A stretch of 64,000 nucleotides of DNA from an uncultured Pseudomonadota bacterium (GCA_963736005.1 CAVTNB010000001.1:1856001-1920000), one strand, 5' to 3'. Counted from the stretch's first letter, positions 40,105-49,940 are shown. The notes: generated from the letters alone by a model not told the origin. Program-made: numbers and translations.

Positions 40105-41434
40105 GTTTGGCAATCGCGACGCGCTCGAGGCAATCCTTGCGCGCGCGCTTTCCGTCTCCAAGGCGGACCAAACCGAAGCATTGATCGCGGCGAGCGACAA
40201 CTCGCTGACCCGCTTCACCCACAATTTCGCACACGAAAGCGTCTCCGAGCGTAACTGCCAAATGTCGGTGCGAGCGGTGGTTGGCAATCGCACGGGCGTC
40301 GCGGCAAGCAACAAGCTTGATGATGCTGGCATCATCGAGCTTGTCAACCGGGCGTGCGCCATTGCCAAGCTCTCAACGGAGGATGCCAATTTTCCCGGGT
40401 TACCGGGACCCGAAGATGGAGTTGTCGATCTCCCAGGGGCTTTTGATCCGGCAACCGCGCAGGCAACGGCGGATCTGCGCGCTTCGGCTGTGGCCGACGT
40501 GTCTAAGATCATGCGCGTGTACGACCTCTACGCGGCCGGCTACGTGTCGACGCAAACAGATGCGTTCGCCATTGCAAACTCCAAAGGAGTGAAGCGCTTC
40601 TACCGGGGCACAGATAGTGCGATCAACATCAAGGCAATCGGCTCAGATTCGAGCGGCTACGCAGAAGGCTTTTCCCGGCGCTTCGACGATCTGAATCCAA
40701 CGGCGCTCGCCGAGCGGGCCGCAAAGAAAGCGGTTGCGGGAAAGAACCCGCGCGCGCTCGAGCCGGGCAAGTACACCGTCATCATGGAAGCGCCAGGCTT
40801 CCGCGAATTCTTGGGTTATCTTTCCTGGATCGGATTTGGGGCGCAATCCTTCGAGGAAGGATCTTCGTTCATGAGTGGGCACATTGGCGAGAAAATTGTC
40901 GGAGAGAACGTCACCGTGCGCGATGATTTTTCCCATCCGCTTGGGAGTGGCATCCCGTTTGATTTCGAAGGCGTTCCGCGCCAGCAAGTCGCGCTCGTCG
41001 AACGCGGCATTGCCAAGAGTGTGGTGTACGATTCGTATTATGCCGCCAAACTAAAACACCGCAACACAGGCCACGCGCTGCCAGCGCCCAATTCGGATGG
41101 GCCCATGCCGTTGAACATCGTTGTGGATCCTGGCAGCACGCCGCTGGAAGACATGATCAAAGAAGTGCAGCATGGGGTGCTTGTGACGCGCACGTGGTAC
41201 ATACGGCTGGTCGATCAAAAGCAGACGATCATCACGGGTATGACGCGCGACGGGCTCTTTCTTATCGAACGAGGCCGCGTGACCAAAGGTCTCAAGAACA
41301 TGCGCTTCAACGAATCGATCATCGGTGCGTTGGGGCGATGCGACCTCGCGTCAGCGCTCGTGCGATCTGAGAGTCATGTGCTGCCCGCCGTGCGCATCGA
41401 GGGATTCAATTTCTCAAGCGGTACCGAATTTTAG
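40094..41434 (+). CDS. pmbA: PmbA/TldE-family partner subunit
   Basis: LTRF, LEPGKYTVI, PFDFEG, TGMTRDG, MRFNES; no HExxxH; overlaps tldD. Confidence 0.88.
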   Translation: MAAEFGNRDALEAILARALSVSKADQTEALIAASDNSLTRFTHNFAHESVSERNCQMSVRAVVGNRTGVAASNKLDDAGIIELVNRACAIAKLSTEDANFPGLPGPEDGVVDLPGAFDPATAQATADLRASAVADVSKIMRVYDLYAAGYVSTQTDAFAIANSKGVKRFYRGTDSAINIKAIGSDSSGYAEGFSRRFDDLNPTALAERAAKKAVAGKNPRALEPGKYTVIMEAPGFREFLGYLSWIGFGAQSFEEGSSFMSGHIGEKIVGENVTVRDDFSHPLGSGIPFDFEGVPRQQVALVERGIAKSVVYDSYYAAKLKHRNTGHALPAPNSDGPMPLNIVVDPGSTPLEDMIKEVQHGVLVTRTWYIRLVDQKQTIITGMTRDGLFLIERGRVTKGLKNMRFNESIIGALGRCDLASALVRSESHVLPAVRIEGFNFSSGTEF

Positions 41435-41453
41435 TGTGGCAGCGATTCACACT

Positions 41454-41957
41454 CTAACTCGGGGTCGGCAGCGGTCGATGCTGTTCGCCCGGCAACAGAG
41501 GACGCATGACTCCTCTCGTCCCATTGAGGTGCAGCTGGGCTGCGACGGCTGAGACATCGTCGACCAGCGCGCTACCCCGCGCACTCAAAAGACAGCTCAG
41601 GTCAGGCGAACGAGCGTGATTCCAATAGACAAAGAGCGAGGTGCCGAAGGAAGCGCTCTTCATGCACGCCTGGCTTCGGATTTGGTCGAGCGGCGAAGCC
41701 GCAGCCAGATCGGCGAACAGTTTTGTGGCAAGCCGCGTCGCTATCGTACCAGTCGCACGACCTGAGGCTGCAATAAACTCAGCGGTGCCTGCGTGCGTCA
41801 CGACGATGCGATAGCCTGTCGTGTTGGTAGAACCAGTCTGCATGATGACCGCTGCATCTTTGGGAACGGGCAAATACGGCGGAATTCTCGGGAAGGGCGT
41901 CAAGGTTACCGCGCCGAGCTGGATGGCCGCTGCAGCAGCTGCGATTGAAACTTTCAT
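41454..41957 (-). CDS. Secreted hypothetical protein
   Basis: Signal-like N-terminus, GSTNTTGY, CMKSASFGT...SPDLSC (two Cys); ORF open from 41993. Confidence 0.65.
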   Translation of the reverse strand: MKVSIAAAAAAIQLGAVTLTPFPRIPPYLPVPKDAAVIMQTGSTNTTGYRIVVTHAGTAEFIAASGRATGTIATRLATKLFADLAAASPLDQIRSQACMKSASFGTSLFVYWNHARSPDLSCLLSARGSALVDDVSAVAAQLHLNGTRGVMRPLLPGEQHRPLPTPS

Positions 41958-42008
41958 GCCTGAGAAACGCAGGCGCGCGCCGAGACGTTCCATAAAACCT
42001 TTCCACCA

Positions 42009-43055
42009 GTGTTCGAAAGCTTGATGCCGCCCTCGCTGAGCCGTGTCGCGTCCGCTGCCGTGGCGTTGCTTGTGCTGTCAGCTGCGGCAGTTCCGAACAA
42101 CAATCCGCAGAGCCTGCGCGCGGGTTTGCAAAATGCGCGAACGCTTGCGGTCAGCCACTTCTCGCGCATTGCTTCCAATACCGGTTCCGCCGATCAAATC
42201 GTGGCGCGCTTGGATTCCGACCTGACGGCTGTCGCGTTGGTCGATCCAAAAGACACTGTCGCGTTCGATCAATTGAGTTTCCGCGTAGCGCTCGACGAAA
42301 GCCTTGTGAATCAACTGGTCGACGACTCGGCTGCGCCCGTTTCACAAACCCCAGGGACGTCCGCACTTCGTCTGGCCCGCTCGAGCGTGGACGGCACATT
42401 GCAGCCACTTGCGGTCTACTTGCCGGCTAGCTACGATGCCGAGAAATCGGCACCCCTCATCCTCATGCTTCATGGCCAGGGTCAAACGGAAACCGAACTC
42501 TTATCGGAACCCTCGCTTCGCAAATTGGCCGATGACAGCGGCGCAATCCTCGCCGTACCCTGGATGCGCGGCGATCGCACCTTCGACGCCCTGACCGGCA
42601 AGGATGCGTACGATGCATTGGCGCTTTTGGAATCAAACTACAAGGTTGATTTGCGGCGAACGTATCTCGCCGGCATATCGCTTGGAGCTTTCGATGTCTT
42701 CATGCTCGCGCCGCTCCATCCGGATCGCTGGACCGCGGTCTTGAGCATTGGCGGCACGCTCACCAATGATGACAAAGATAGCTTCGTCAAAGCCATGCGA
42801 GGCAAACCAGCGTTCCTCGTCATTGGGAGCGATGATCCCCTCGTCAAAGTCGAATACGTGCGAGGCGCCGCTGCGTATCTCACGGCCAATGGCGTCGACT
42901 GCCACTATTACGAGCAGCGCGGCGGCGTGCATTCGCTTGAAAGCTTGCAAGTTTCGCTGCAGCGCGCGTGGACTGACATGCTTGCGGGCGTGCGGTTTAG
43001 CTCACCGGAAGTCGATGTTCCATCACCCGTGCCGACAGGGTCGCAGCGCTATTAG
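42009..43055 (+). CDS. Secreted alpha/beta-hydrolase-fold esterase or peptidase
   Basis: Signal peptide, VYLPASYD, MLHGQG, GISLG nucleophile elbow, GSDDP, GVH. Confidence 0.8.
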   Translation: MFESLMPPSLSRVASAAVALLVLSAAAVPNNNPQSLRAGLQNARTLAVSHFSRIASNTGSADQIVARLDSDLTAVALVDPKDTVAFDQLSFRVALDESLVNQLVDDSAAPVSQTPGTSALRLARSSVDGTLQPLAVYLPASYDAEKSAPLILMLHGQGQTETELLSEPSLRKLADDSGAILAVPWMRGDRTFDALTGKDAYDALALLESNYKVDLRRTYLAGISLGAFDVFMLAPLHPDRWTAVLSIGGTLTNDDKDSFVKAMRGKPAFLVIGSDDPLVKVEYVRGAAAYLTANGVDCHYYEQRGGVHSLESLQVSLQRAWTDMLAGVRFSSPEVDVPSPVPTGSQRY

Positions 43056-43099
43056 CATGACGGCGCGCCCCACCTGAAGAAAGCATCGGACCGCACCAC

Positions 43100-43183
43100 G
43101 CCCTGGTGGCGGAATTGGTAGACGCGCTGGTTTCAGGTACCAGTGGCTGCAAGGCCTTAGGGGTTCGAGTCCCTTCCAGGGCA
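43100..43183 (+). tRNA. tRNA-Leu(CAG)
   Basis: GCCCTGG/CCAGGGC acceptor stem, GGAATTGGTAGAC D arm, CTGGT-TTCAGGT-ACCAG anticodon arm, long variable arm, GTTCGAGTC T loop; CCA not encoded. Confidence 0.96.
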
Positions 43184-43269
43184 ACGGATGCGACATTAGT
43201 CCTTGAGGATTCACGAGCTTTTGGTCGAAGCGCGCGACCTCGCTGTTTTTGCCCACTTCTGGAGGTTCC

Positions 43270-44543
43270 ATGTCTTCGACGCTCGATCGTTCAGCTGTTC
43301 AAGCATCGCTCAACGTCTGGCAAATGGCGCAACGCCAGCTGGATAACATCGCGGAGATCATCGGGTTGGATTCTTCCATCCACGGTTACTTGCGCGAGCC
43401 AAAACGCATCTTGCAAGTGTCGGTGCCGGTCCGGATGGACTCGGGGACGCATCGCGTGTTCGCAGGCTATCGCGTGCAGCACAACATGGCGCGCGGGCCA
43501 GGCAAGGGTGGCATTCGCTACCATCCCGACGTGACGCTCGACGAAGTCAAGGCGCTCGCCATGTGGATGTCGTGGAAGTGCGCGCTCGTCAACATTCCGT
43601 TCGGCGGTGCCAAGGGCGGCGTGATCTGCGATCCTAAGAACATGTCGATGCAGGAACTTGAGAATCTCACCCGGCGCTTCACGAGCGAAATCTCGATCAT
43701 CATCGGCCCTGAAATAGACATTCCCGCTCCCGACGTCTACACGACGCCGCAAATCATGGCGTGGATCATGGACACATACTCCATGCAAAACGGCTATTCG
43801 ATTCCCGGGGTTGTGACCGGCAAGCCGATTTCCATCGGCGGGTCGCTCGGGCGCGACAAAGCGACCGCTCGCGGCTGCCTCTACGTCGTCGACGAGGCGA
43901 TGAAGGAACTGAAGCTGCCCGCAGGCGCGCGCGTAGCAATTCAAGGCTTCGGGAACGCCGGATTGCACGCCGCCGAGCTCATGGGCGCCGCGGGTATCGC
44001 ATCGTTGCTGTCTCTGACAGCCGAGGCGGCGTCGCCAGCAGTGCAGGGCTCGATGTGGCCAAGCTCATCGCGTACAAGGCTGAGACCGGCTCCGTTGTCG
44101 GGTTCTCAGGCGGCGAAAGAATCACGAACAAAGAAGTGCTCGAATACGATTGCGACGTGCTGGTTCCGGCCGCGCTCGAAAAGGTCATCACACAAGAGAA
44201 CGCGCCACGCATCAAGGCGAAAATCATCGCCGAAGCGGCCAACGGCCCAACGATGCCGGACGCAGACGACATCCTCTTCGATCGCGGCATCATGGTGCTG
44301 CCCGACATCTTGGCCAACGCCGGCGGCGTGACCGTATCGTACTTCGAGTGGGTGCAAGACCTGCAAGAGACTTTCTGGGAAGAGCAGACGATCAACGATC
44401 GCCTGCGCCGCATCATGGTGCGCGCGTTCCGAGACACGCTCGAGCAGGCCCGACGGTTGAAGGTGAGCATGCGGCGCGGTGCGTACGCGGTTGCGGTTGG
44501 TCGCGTGGCCGAAGCAACCAGTTTGCGCGGAGTGTATCCCTAG
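43270..44543 (+). CDS. gdhA: Glu/Leu/Phe/Val-family (glutamate) dehydrogenase, one frameshift near 43990
   Basis: GPGKGGIRYHP, GGAKGG, DIPAPD, QGFGNAG in one frame; EAANGP and NAGGVTVSYFEW in another. Confidence 0.9.
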
Positions 44544-44549
44544 ACAATT

Positions 44550-44595
44550 GTAGGGGGCGATCGGAAAATCGCCCCTAGTCTCGAATTTATTCCCG
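44550..44595 (+). repeat. Composite REP-like element (family C plus degenerate family B)
   Basis: GTAGGGGGCGATCGGAAAATCGCCCCT-AGTCTCGAATTTATTCCCG. Confidence 0.75.
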
Positions 44596-45127
44596 CACCG
44601 CCATCGTAACCAATTCCGATTCATACACTGCCAGGTCGGTTGCGGAAAAGAGCACAAAGGTGACGAGTTTGATGCTCGTGCCGGAGCGCAAGTAGCGCGC
44701 TGACTGTTGACAACGCAATCGCAGCAGACTCTCGCAGCGGGTAGGCGTACGCGCCTGTGCCAAGCGACGGAAACGCGATCGATCGAGCTTGGGCCTCATC
44801 AGCAAGTTTGAGGCTGCTCAAGTAAGCGCTCGAGAGCAAATCGGGATCGTGAGGGTGTCCTCGCCAGCGTGGAGCTACCGCGTGAATCACGAAGTGTGCC
44901 GCTAGGTTGCCGGCGCAGGTCATGACGGCACTTCCGGTGGGGCATTGTCCGATCGACCTGCACTCCGCCAGTATCTGCGGCCCGCCCGCGCGGTGAATCG
45001 CGCCGTCGACGCCCCCACCACCGGCGAGTGAAGCGTTTGCCGCGTTGACGATCACATCGGCATGCACCGTCGTGATGTCGCCTTGCAACAACGTGATCGT
45101 GGAGTTGCCGAACAAAGCTTGTCTCAA
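44587..45127 (-). CDS. Macro-domain protein (O-acetyl-ADP-ribose deacetylase, YmdB-like), frameshift near 44700
   Basis: QGDIT, IVNAAN, GGGGVDGAIH, SIAFPSLGTGAYAYP; expected C-terminus IKLVTFVLFS...VYE lies in a second frame. Confidence 0.88.
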
Positions 45128-45138
45128 TTTGTTTCGCG

Positions 45139-45165
45139 AGGGGCGACTTTCCAGTCGCCCCCTAC
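45139..45165 (-). repeat. REP-like hairpin, family C, overlapping the pqqE stop
   Basis: Reverse complement GTAGGGGGCGACTGGAAAGTCGCCCCT, with a compensatory change relative to the GATT/AATC copies. Confidence 0.8.
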
Positions 45166-46227
45166 AGACGACGCGGGATCAGCGCAGCCTCGGGTTCACT
45201 GGTCAACTGTTCTACCAAATGATGCTTGGGTGACTTCGAGCAGGCGGGGTCGGTGAGGCCGGCGTCGCCCGCCAGCAAGAACGCCTGGCAGCGACAACCG
45301 CCGAAATCGATCTCACGCCGTTCGCACGAGCGGCATGGCTCTGGCATCCATTCGATACCGCGGTAAGCGCGAAAAGCCTCGGACTCGTTCCAAATTTTGG
45401 AAAGCGGGTGATCGCGTACGTTTTCAAAGTGCAGTGTCGTTATCGATGCGGCAGCTGGACAGGGCAACACGCGACCATCGGGGACGATCGTCAAGAACTG
45501 TCTTCCCCAGCCATTCATACACGGTTTCGGGAATTCTTCGTAGTAATCCGCAAGGACATACGTGATCTCCATGCGGCCGCGCAAGCGCTCGCGCGCTGCC
45601 CGTACGATCGCACCGGCGCGCTCGACTTGGGCACGCGTCGGGATGAGCGCGCGACGGTTGCGAAAGCCCCAGCCGTAAAATTGTGTGTTGGCGAGCTCGA
45701 GCCGCTTGACGCCGATTTCTTCCGCGAGGGAGATGACGTCATCAATCTCATCGATATTGCGCGAATGCAGCACGCAGTTGATCGTTACCGCAACGTTGCG
45801 CGCAAGCGCCCGCTTCAGCGCTTCGAGCTTGCGCTCGTGCACCTGCGTGCCGGCGATGGAATCAGCCAATTCGGCGTGCGCCGCTTGCAGGCTGATCTGC
45901 ACGTGATCGAGGCCGGCGGCGAGCATGCGGTCGAGCAGGTTTTCGCTGAGGAACGTTCCTTGCGTGATCAGGTTGGAATACACGCTCCGTTCTCGCGCAC
46001 GCCGCAGAATCGCGCAGCAGTCGTCTGGACGCAAGAGTGGGTTCACCGCCCGAAAGATGAAGCTGCACGACGCCGAGCGCTGCGGCCTCGTCAATCACGC
46101 GGCACCACACGTCAGCATCGAGCTCTTCGCGGTACGCAGCAAGATCGAGCGGATTGTAACAGTACGGACACTGCAGGTTGCAACGGTACGTCAGCTCCGC
46201 GAGCAGCGACAATGGACGATACGGCAT
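45162..46227 (-). CDS. pqqE: PqqA peptide cyclase, radical SAM/SPASM enzyme (one extra base near 46040)
   Basis: [51 protein letters not shown]; removing one C from GAACCCACTC restores GGEPLLRPD. Confidence 0.93.
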
Positions 46228-46502
46228 TAGTGCGTTTGGGCCGCGGGAAGGACGAGCCAAGTTTTTGATGCCAACCGCTGGAGCAAGTCTTCGATGTCGC
46301 TTGCGATAGCTGCGACATCCATGCTATACCGAGTGGCGAGGAGCGCAGCGATCTCCATCGTGGTACGTTGGCCGTCAACGAGCTCGATGATTGCGGCGGC
46401 CGAGTCGTTGAGATTCACGACGCCTTCGGGAATGAGGAGTAAGCCTTGCCCGTCGGCTGACCGGCGGAACCGTACCCCCTGGGCAAGCGCCGGCGCGTTC
46501 AC
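46227..46502 (-). CDS. pqqD: PqqA-binding chaperone (RRE domain)
   Basis: [28 protein letters not shown] overlap with pqqC and TAATG overlap with pqqE. Confidence 0.92.
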   Translation of the reverse strand: MNAPALAQGVRFRRSADGQGLLLIPEGVVNLNDSAAAIIELVDGQRTTMEIAALLATRYSMDVAAIASDIEDLLQRLASKTWLVLPAAQTH

Positions 46503-47230
46503 GCCCGCGGCTCCGCTCGCCCAGCGCCATAGGCTAAGATGGTGGCGTCGAGAATCGCCCAAAGCACGTCGCATTTGAACTCGAGGGCGCGTACGCACGC
46601 GTCTTGCAAGTCTTCGGTGGTTGCGCCTTCAACGACCCAATCCAAAGCGTCGCGTGCGTCGCGCGGCGCGAGCGTCATCCGGTTGCGAAAATACGCAAGA
46701 CCCCGCTCGTCGATCCACGGATACTTTTCGCTGAGCACCACGATGCGCCGGGCCATCAGGTCTGGCGCGAAGAGCTCGGTGAGCGAAGACGCAACCGCCA
46801 TGAGCCATGGCTGCGTGCGAGCAAACGTCACGTACGCATCGACGGCAAATCGAGTCCCAGGCTGCACGTGCCGCTCGTCTGTTACTTCGTCGTCGCGAAA
46901 GCCGACGCCGCGAGCAAGAGCCAGCCACGAGTCGATGCCGCCGCCCCCGCGTTCGAGCGTCCCGTCATGGTCGGTAATGCGTGAAATCCATATCCGGCGT
47001 TTGTCGCGATCGGGAAGATTGGAGAGAATTGCGGCGTCTTTTACCGGGATGCTCTTTTGATAGTAGTAACGATTGGCCACCCAGCCGCGAATCTGATCGG
47101 GCGTCAGGATGCCCTCGTGCAGCGCGAGATGAAAAGGGTGCTTATCGTGATAGCGTGCGGTTCCGACGGCCCGCAAACGCTCAACGAACTTCGTCTGCGC
47201 GTGAGTATACGTCGGTTGCGTGGTCGCCAT
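46499..47230 (-). CDS. pqqC: Pyrroloquinoline-quinone synthase
   Basis: YHDKHPFH, WVANRYYYQKSIPVKDA, RITDHDG, RFAVDAY, SSLTELFAP, FKCDVLW. Confidence 0.96.
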   Translation of the reverse strand: MATTQPTYTHAQTKFVERLRAVGTARYHDKHPFHLALHEGILTPDQIRGWVANRYYYQKSIPVKDAAILSNLPDRDKRRIWISRITDHDGTLERGGGGIDSWLALARGVGFRDDEVTDERHVQPGTRFAVDAYVTFARTQPWLMAVASSLTELFAPDLMARRIVVLSEKYPWIDERGLAYFRNRMTLAPRDARDALDWVVEGATTEDLQDACVRALEFKCDVLWAILDATILAYGAGRAEPRA

Positions 47231-48119
47231 CCAGCACGATCTCCAAGCCGTCATCAGGGACGGCGAATCCGGCCGCTGCAAGCTCGCTTGCCTGCGCCGA
47301 TGCCGGATCGAGAATCGGATTGGAATTGTTGACATGGGTGTAATACCGATACCGTGCACGAATTCGACGCATGTCGTCAAGCGAGCCACCAGGCCCAATC
47401 ATCGGCGCGTGGCCCATATCGCGAGCGGTGCGAGTGCCCAATCCGCATTGGATCATTTCGTCGTCCGTCCAGCAGGTTCCGTCCAAGAACACCGCGTCCG
47501 CACTCGCTGCCTCGCGCTTGAGCTTGTCGTCGACGGCCAGGAAGATCGGCGCGTATACAGCGCTTGCTCCCATGTGCTCGAATCGGTAAGCAACGGTAGC
47601 GGATGCGTGCTGCGCGTCACCCGCATAGGAAGGCAAACGACCGGGCACGGGGATGGCGGAAATTGTCAGACCGTCAATCTCCGGGAGGTCGCAACGCGCT
47701 GCCTCGGGCTTTGCATCGAAAGTGCGCCACGAATGCGGCGAATTCGCGAATCGGGCAAACATCGGCGCGGCGGTCAAGGTGTCTTTGACAAGTGTGGTCG
47801 ACCAGATTGAAAATGCTGGAGCTTGGCGAAATTCGAGCAATCCTGCGGTGTGATCGATATTCGCATCGGTGAGCAACAGCGCCGCAATCGGGCTGCTTCG
47901 TTTCCGAGTGGGCCATAACGATGGTGTCGCGGCCAGTTGAGCCGAGATGTCGCAACCGGCATTCACGAGAATCCAGCGCTGGCCGTCACCGGTCACCGCA
48001 AGCGAGGCGACTCGCCTGCTCGGCAGCCTCCCAGAGCGCACAGCCGTGCAGTTAGGGCAGTCGCAGTTCCACTGAGGGATCCCACCGCCGGCCGCAGTTC
48101 CTAAGACCTTAATTCGCAC
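47181..48119 (-). CDS. pqqB: PQQ biosynthesis protein B (metallo-beta-lactamase fold)
   Basis: VLGTAAGGGIPQWNCDCPNC, DANIDHTAGL, DGTCWTDDEM, MGH, HVNNSNP; GTG start. Confidence 0.95.
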   Translation of the reverse strand: MRIKVLGTAAGGGIPQWNCDCPNCTAVRSGRLPSRRVASLAVTGDGQRWILVNAGCDISAQLAATPSLWPTRKRSSPIAALLLTDANIDHTAGLLEFRQAPAFSIWSTTLVKDTLTAAPMFARFANSPHSWRTFDAKPEAARCDLPEIDGLTISAIPVPGRLPSYAGDAQHASATVAYRFEHMGASAVYAPIFLAVDDKLKREAASADAVFLDGTCWTDDEMIQCGLGTRTARDMGHAPMIGPGGSLDDMRRIRARYRYYTHVNNSNPILDPASAQASELAAAGFAVPDDGLEIVLDGDHATDVYSRADEVR

Positions 48120-48136
48120 GTCGCGCCCCACCAAAT

Positions 48137-48167
48137 GCATGAGCCACAGCGTTGCTGTGGCTCATGC
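48137..48167 (-). terminator. Perfect 14-bp hairpin between pqqA and pqqB
   Basis: GCATGAGCCACAGC-GTT-GCTGTGGCTCATGC. Confidence 0.7.
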
Positions 48168-48188
48168 GCTTTTGACCGACGCGCCCGT

Positions 48189-48284
48189 TTAAACGGGGGT
48201 CGGGTCAGTGTCGCTTCCGAGGTACGCCGTTACCTCGGCGCCTAAGGAGATCACGGTAAAATTTGGCTTCTCCCACGTCGTCAT
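48189..48284 (-). CDS. pqqA: PQQ precursor peptide (31 aa, absent from the ORF track)
   Basis: MTTWEKPNFTVISLGAEVTAYLGSDTDPTPV; W-x-K-P leader and E-x-x-x-Y core; GAGGAG RBS; directly upstream of pqqB. Confidence 0.95.
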   Translation of the reverse strand: MTTWEKPNFTVISLGAEVTAYLGSDTDPTPV

Positions 48285-48315
48285 CGCTGTCACTCCTCAA
48301 GCGGATCTAGCATCA

Positions 48316-48343
48316 ATCCTACAGCCCGCTTTCTTTGAGGCAA
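48316..48343 (-). promoter_or_regulatory. Possible sigma70 promoter for pqqA
   Basis: TTGCCT-16 bp-TAGGAT on the minus strand. Confidence 0.35.
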
Positions 48344-48473
48344 CCAGTGCCTCCTTCGGAAGGAGAAAGGAATCTAGCTCACTGAAAATCCGCTCCCCCC
48401 ACTGGAGCTCAGCGGCAATTTTCCGACGAGCGAACGTATGCACGCTTTCGTGCACGACTGAGGAGAACCGCAT

Positions 48474-49382
48474 ATGGTAACTTCGGAGAAGATCGGCGTC
48501 GTCGGCGTCGGACGCATGGGCGCGAACATCGCGCGCCGCCTCAAGGATGTCGGGTATGCGGTCACGGCGGTGTACGATGTCCAACCCGAGGCGGCGCAAG
48601 CGCTTGCCAAGGAAATCGGCGCCGAAGCCGCTCCAACCCTGTCACGCGTCAACGAACTGGCAGATGTTGTCATCACCGTTGTCACTGACGACAAAGCGAT
48701 GCACGCAATTTATGGAACCTCAGGTGACAGTTTGCTCGCTGGAAGCAAGGGTCATCTCTTCATTAACTGCGCGACGATTTCACCCAGCGTGCATGTTGAG
48801 GTCGAGAAATTAGCGCAAGAGCGAGGCGCCCGCAGCCTTGAGGGATGCATGGCGAGTTCGATACCGCAAGCCCGTGAGGGGACGCTGTACCTCATGATCG
48901 GCGGGAGCAAGGAAGCCTTCGAGCGGGCCAAACCCATCTTGGAAACAATGAGCTCGTCCCTCAAATACGTCGGCAAGGCGGGTGAAGCCGCCAAGGTCAA
49001 AGCGCTCGTGAACATGGTCATGAACATTAACACTGCTGGCCTGGCCGAAGGACTCGGTCTCGGCGAGGCATTGGGGTTGGATCTGACCTTGTTGCGCGAA
49101 GTCTTTTCGCAAACAGGAGCAGCATCGCGCGTGCTGGTTACCGACGGCGAGGACATGCAAAACCGTGCGCACGATTGTTACTTCTCCGCGGCCCACGCGG
49201 CGAAAGACTCGGGGATCGCCGTCGCGCTTGCGAAGGAAGCAGGCCTGGAACTCCCCCTAGCAGAGGCGACAAAAGCTCAATTCGACAAAATGGTGGCGCA
49301 AGGACTTGGCGAACTGGACAAGTCCGGCGTCGCAGAACTGACCTTCGCATCCAGACATGCTAGGCAGCACGCGCCAGCATAA
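48474..49382 (+). CDS. NAD(P)-dependent oxidoreductase, beta-hydroxyacid dehydrogenase family
   Basis: GVVGVGRMG Rossmann motif, NCATISP, KVKALVN, AAKD; GAGGAG RBS. Confidence 0.88.
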   Translation: MVTSEKIGVVGVGRMGANIARRLKDVGYAVTAVYDVQPEAAQALAKEIGAEAAPTLSRVNELADVVITVVTDDKAMHAIYGTSGDSLLAGSKGHLFINCATISPSVHVEVEKLAQERGARSLEGCMASSIPQAREGTLYLMIGGSKEAFERAKPILETMSSSLKYVGKAGEAAKVKALVNMVMNINTAGLAEGLGLGEALGLDLTLLREVFSQTGAASRVLVTDGEDMQNRAHDCYFSAAHAAKDSGIAVALAKEAGLELPLAEATKAQFDKMVAQGLGELDKSGVAELTFASRHARQHAPA

Positions 49383-49441
49383 GCGACAACTCATCGTTTT
49401 CTCGATCCTTATTGGCCGCTCAACCCTAAAGGAGGAATGAC

Positions 49442-49888
49442 ATGGCGGTAGCGTCTCACACGAAGATCACCCCACTTATCAGCTCGGGCACCGCGGGACC
49501 CCTCGGCGTCGTCCATCTTCCCCGCCTCTGGACGAAACTGACGCTCGCCGCAGCGGGCTTGTTGCCGGAAGGCTACGACGAGTGCGGTCCTGGCTTTGAC
49601 ACGATGACGATCAACAATCTCGGCCTGAACAAGGACGAGGTCATGACGTACGTGCGCACGCGCAAACCGACGTATGTCGAATTTGAAGAGTGGGTGCAAA
49701 CCAAGGGCAAGACCGACCCTGAGACAGTCAAGAAGCACAATGCGGCCGTCTTAGGCTACCATCACGCCGACGACAAGGCCGGACACATGCGAAAAGATAT
49801 GGGCGTGCCACACCATCACATCAAGGATGCCGTGACGCTCAACATGCTCGAGGATCTCCACGAGCTGCACCAAGCGATGACAAAATAG
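49442..49888 (+). CDS. Conserved protein resembling DUF5069
   Basis: PLISSGTAGPLGVVHLPRLW.K, PTYVEFEEWV, LNMLED; AAGGAGG RBS; family assigned from recall. Confidence 0.7.
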   Translation: MAVASHTKITPLISSGTAGPLGVVHLPRLWTKLTLAAAGLLPEGYDECGPGFDTMTINNLGLNKDEVMTYVRTRKPTYVEFEEWVQTKGKTDPETVKKHNAAVLGYHHADDKAGHMRKDMGVPHHHIKDAVTLNMLEDLHELHQAMTK

Positions 49889-49940
49889 CGGGGCCTGTCA
49901 TCGAAACGGACCTCTCTAAAGTCCACTTGGGATCCATTTG

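Noticed and set aside
43100..43183. tRNA-Sec, because TTCA appears in the anticodon loop and a Sec gene is in the window
   Set aside because: The 7-nt loop TTCAGGT centres on CAG; 7-bp acceptor stem and Leu-type D arm indicate tRNA-Leu
44550..45165. Macro-domain gene as cargo of a mobile element bounded by inverted REPs
   Set aside because: Each repeat simply follows the stop of the converging gdh or pqqE gene, as elsewhere in the window; no target duplication seen
48285..48473. Known riboswitch in the pqqA/oxidoreductase intergenic region
   Set aside because: Short hairpins are present but match no aptamer consensus I recognise; an Rfam scan is needed
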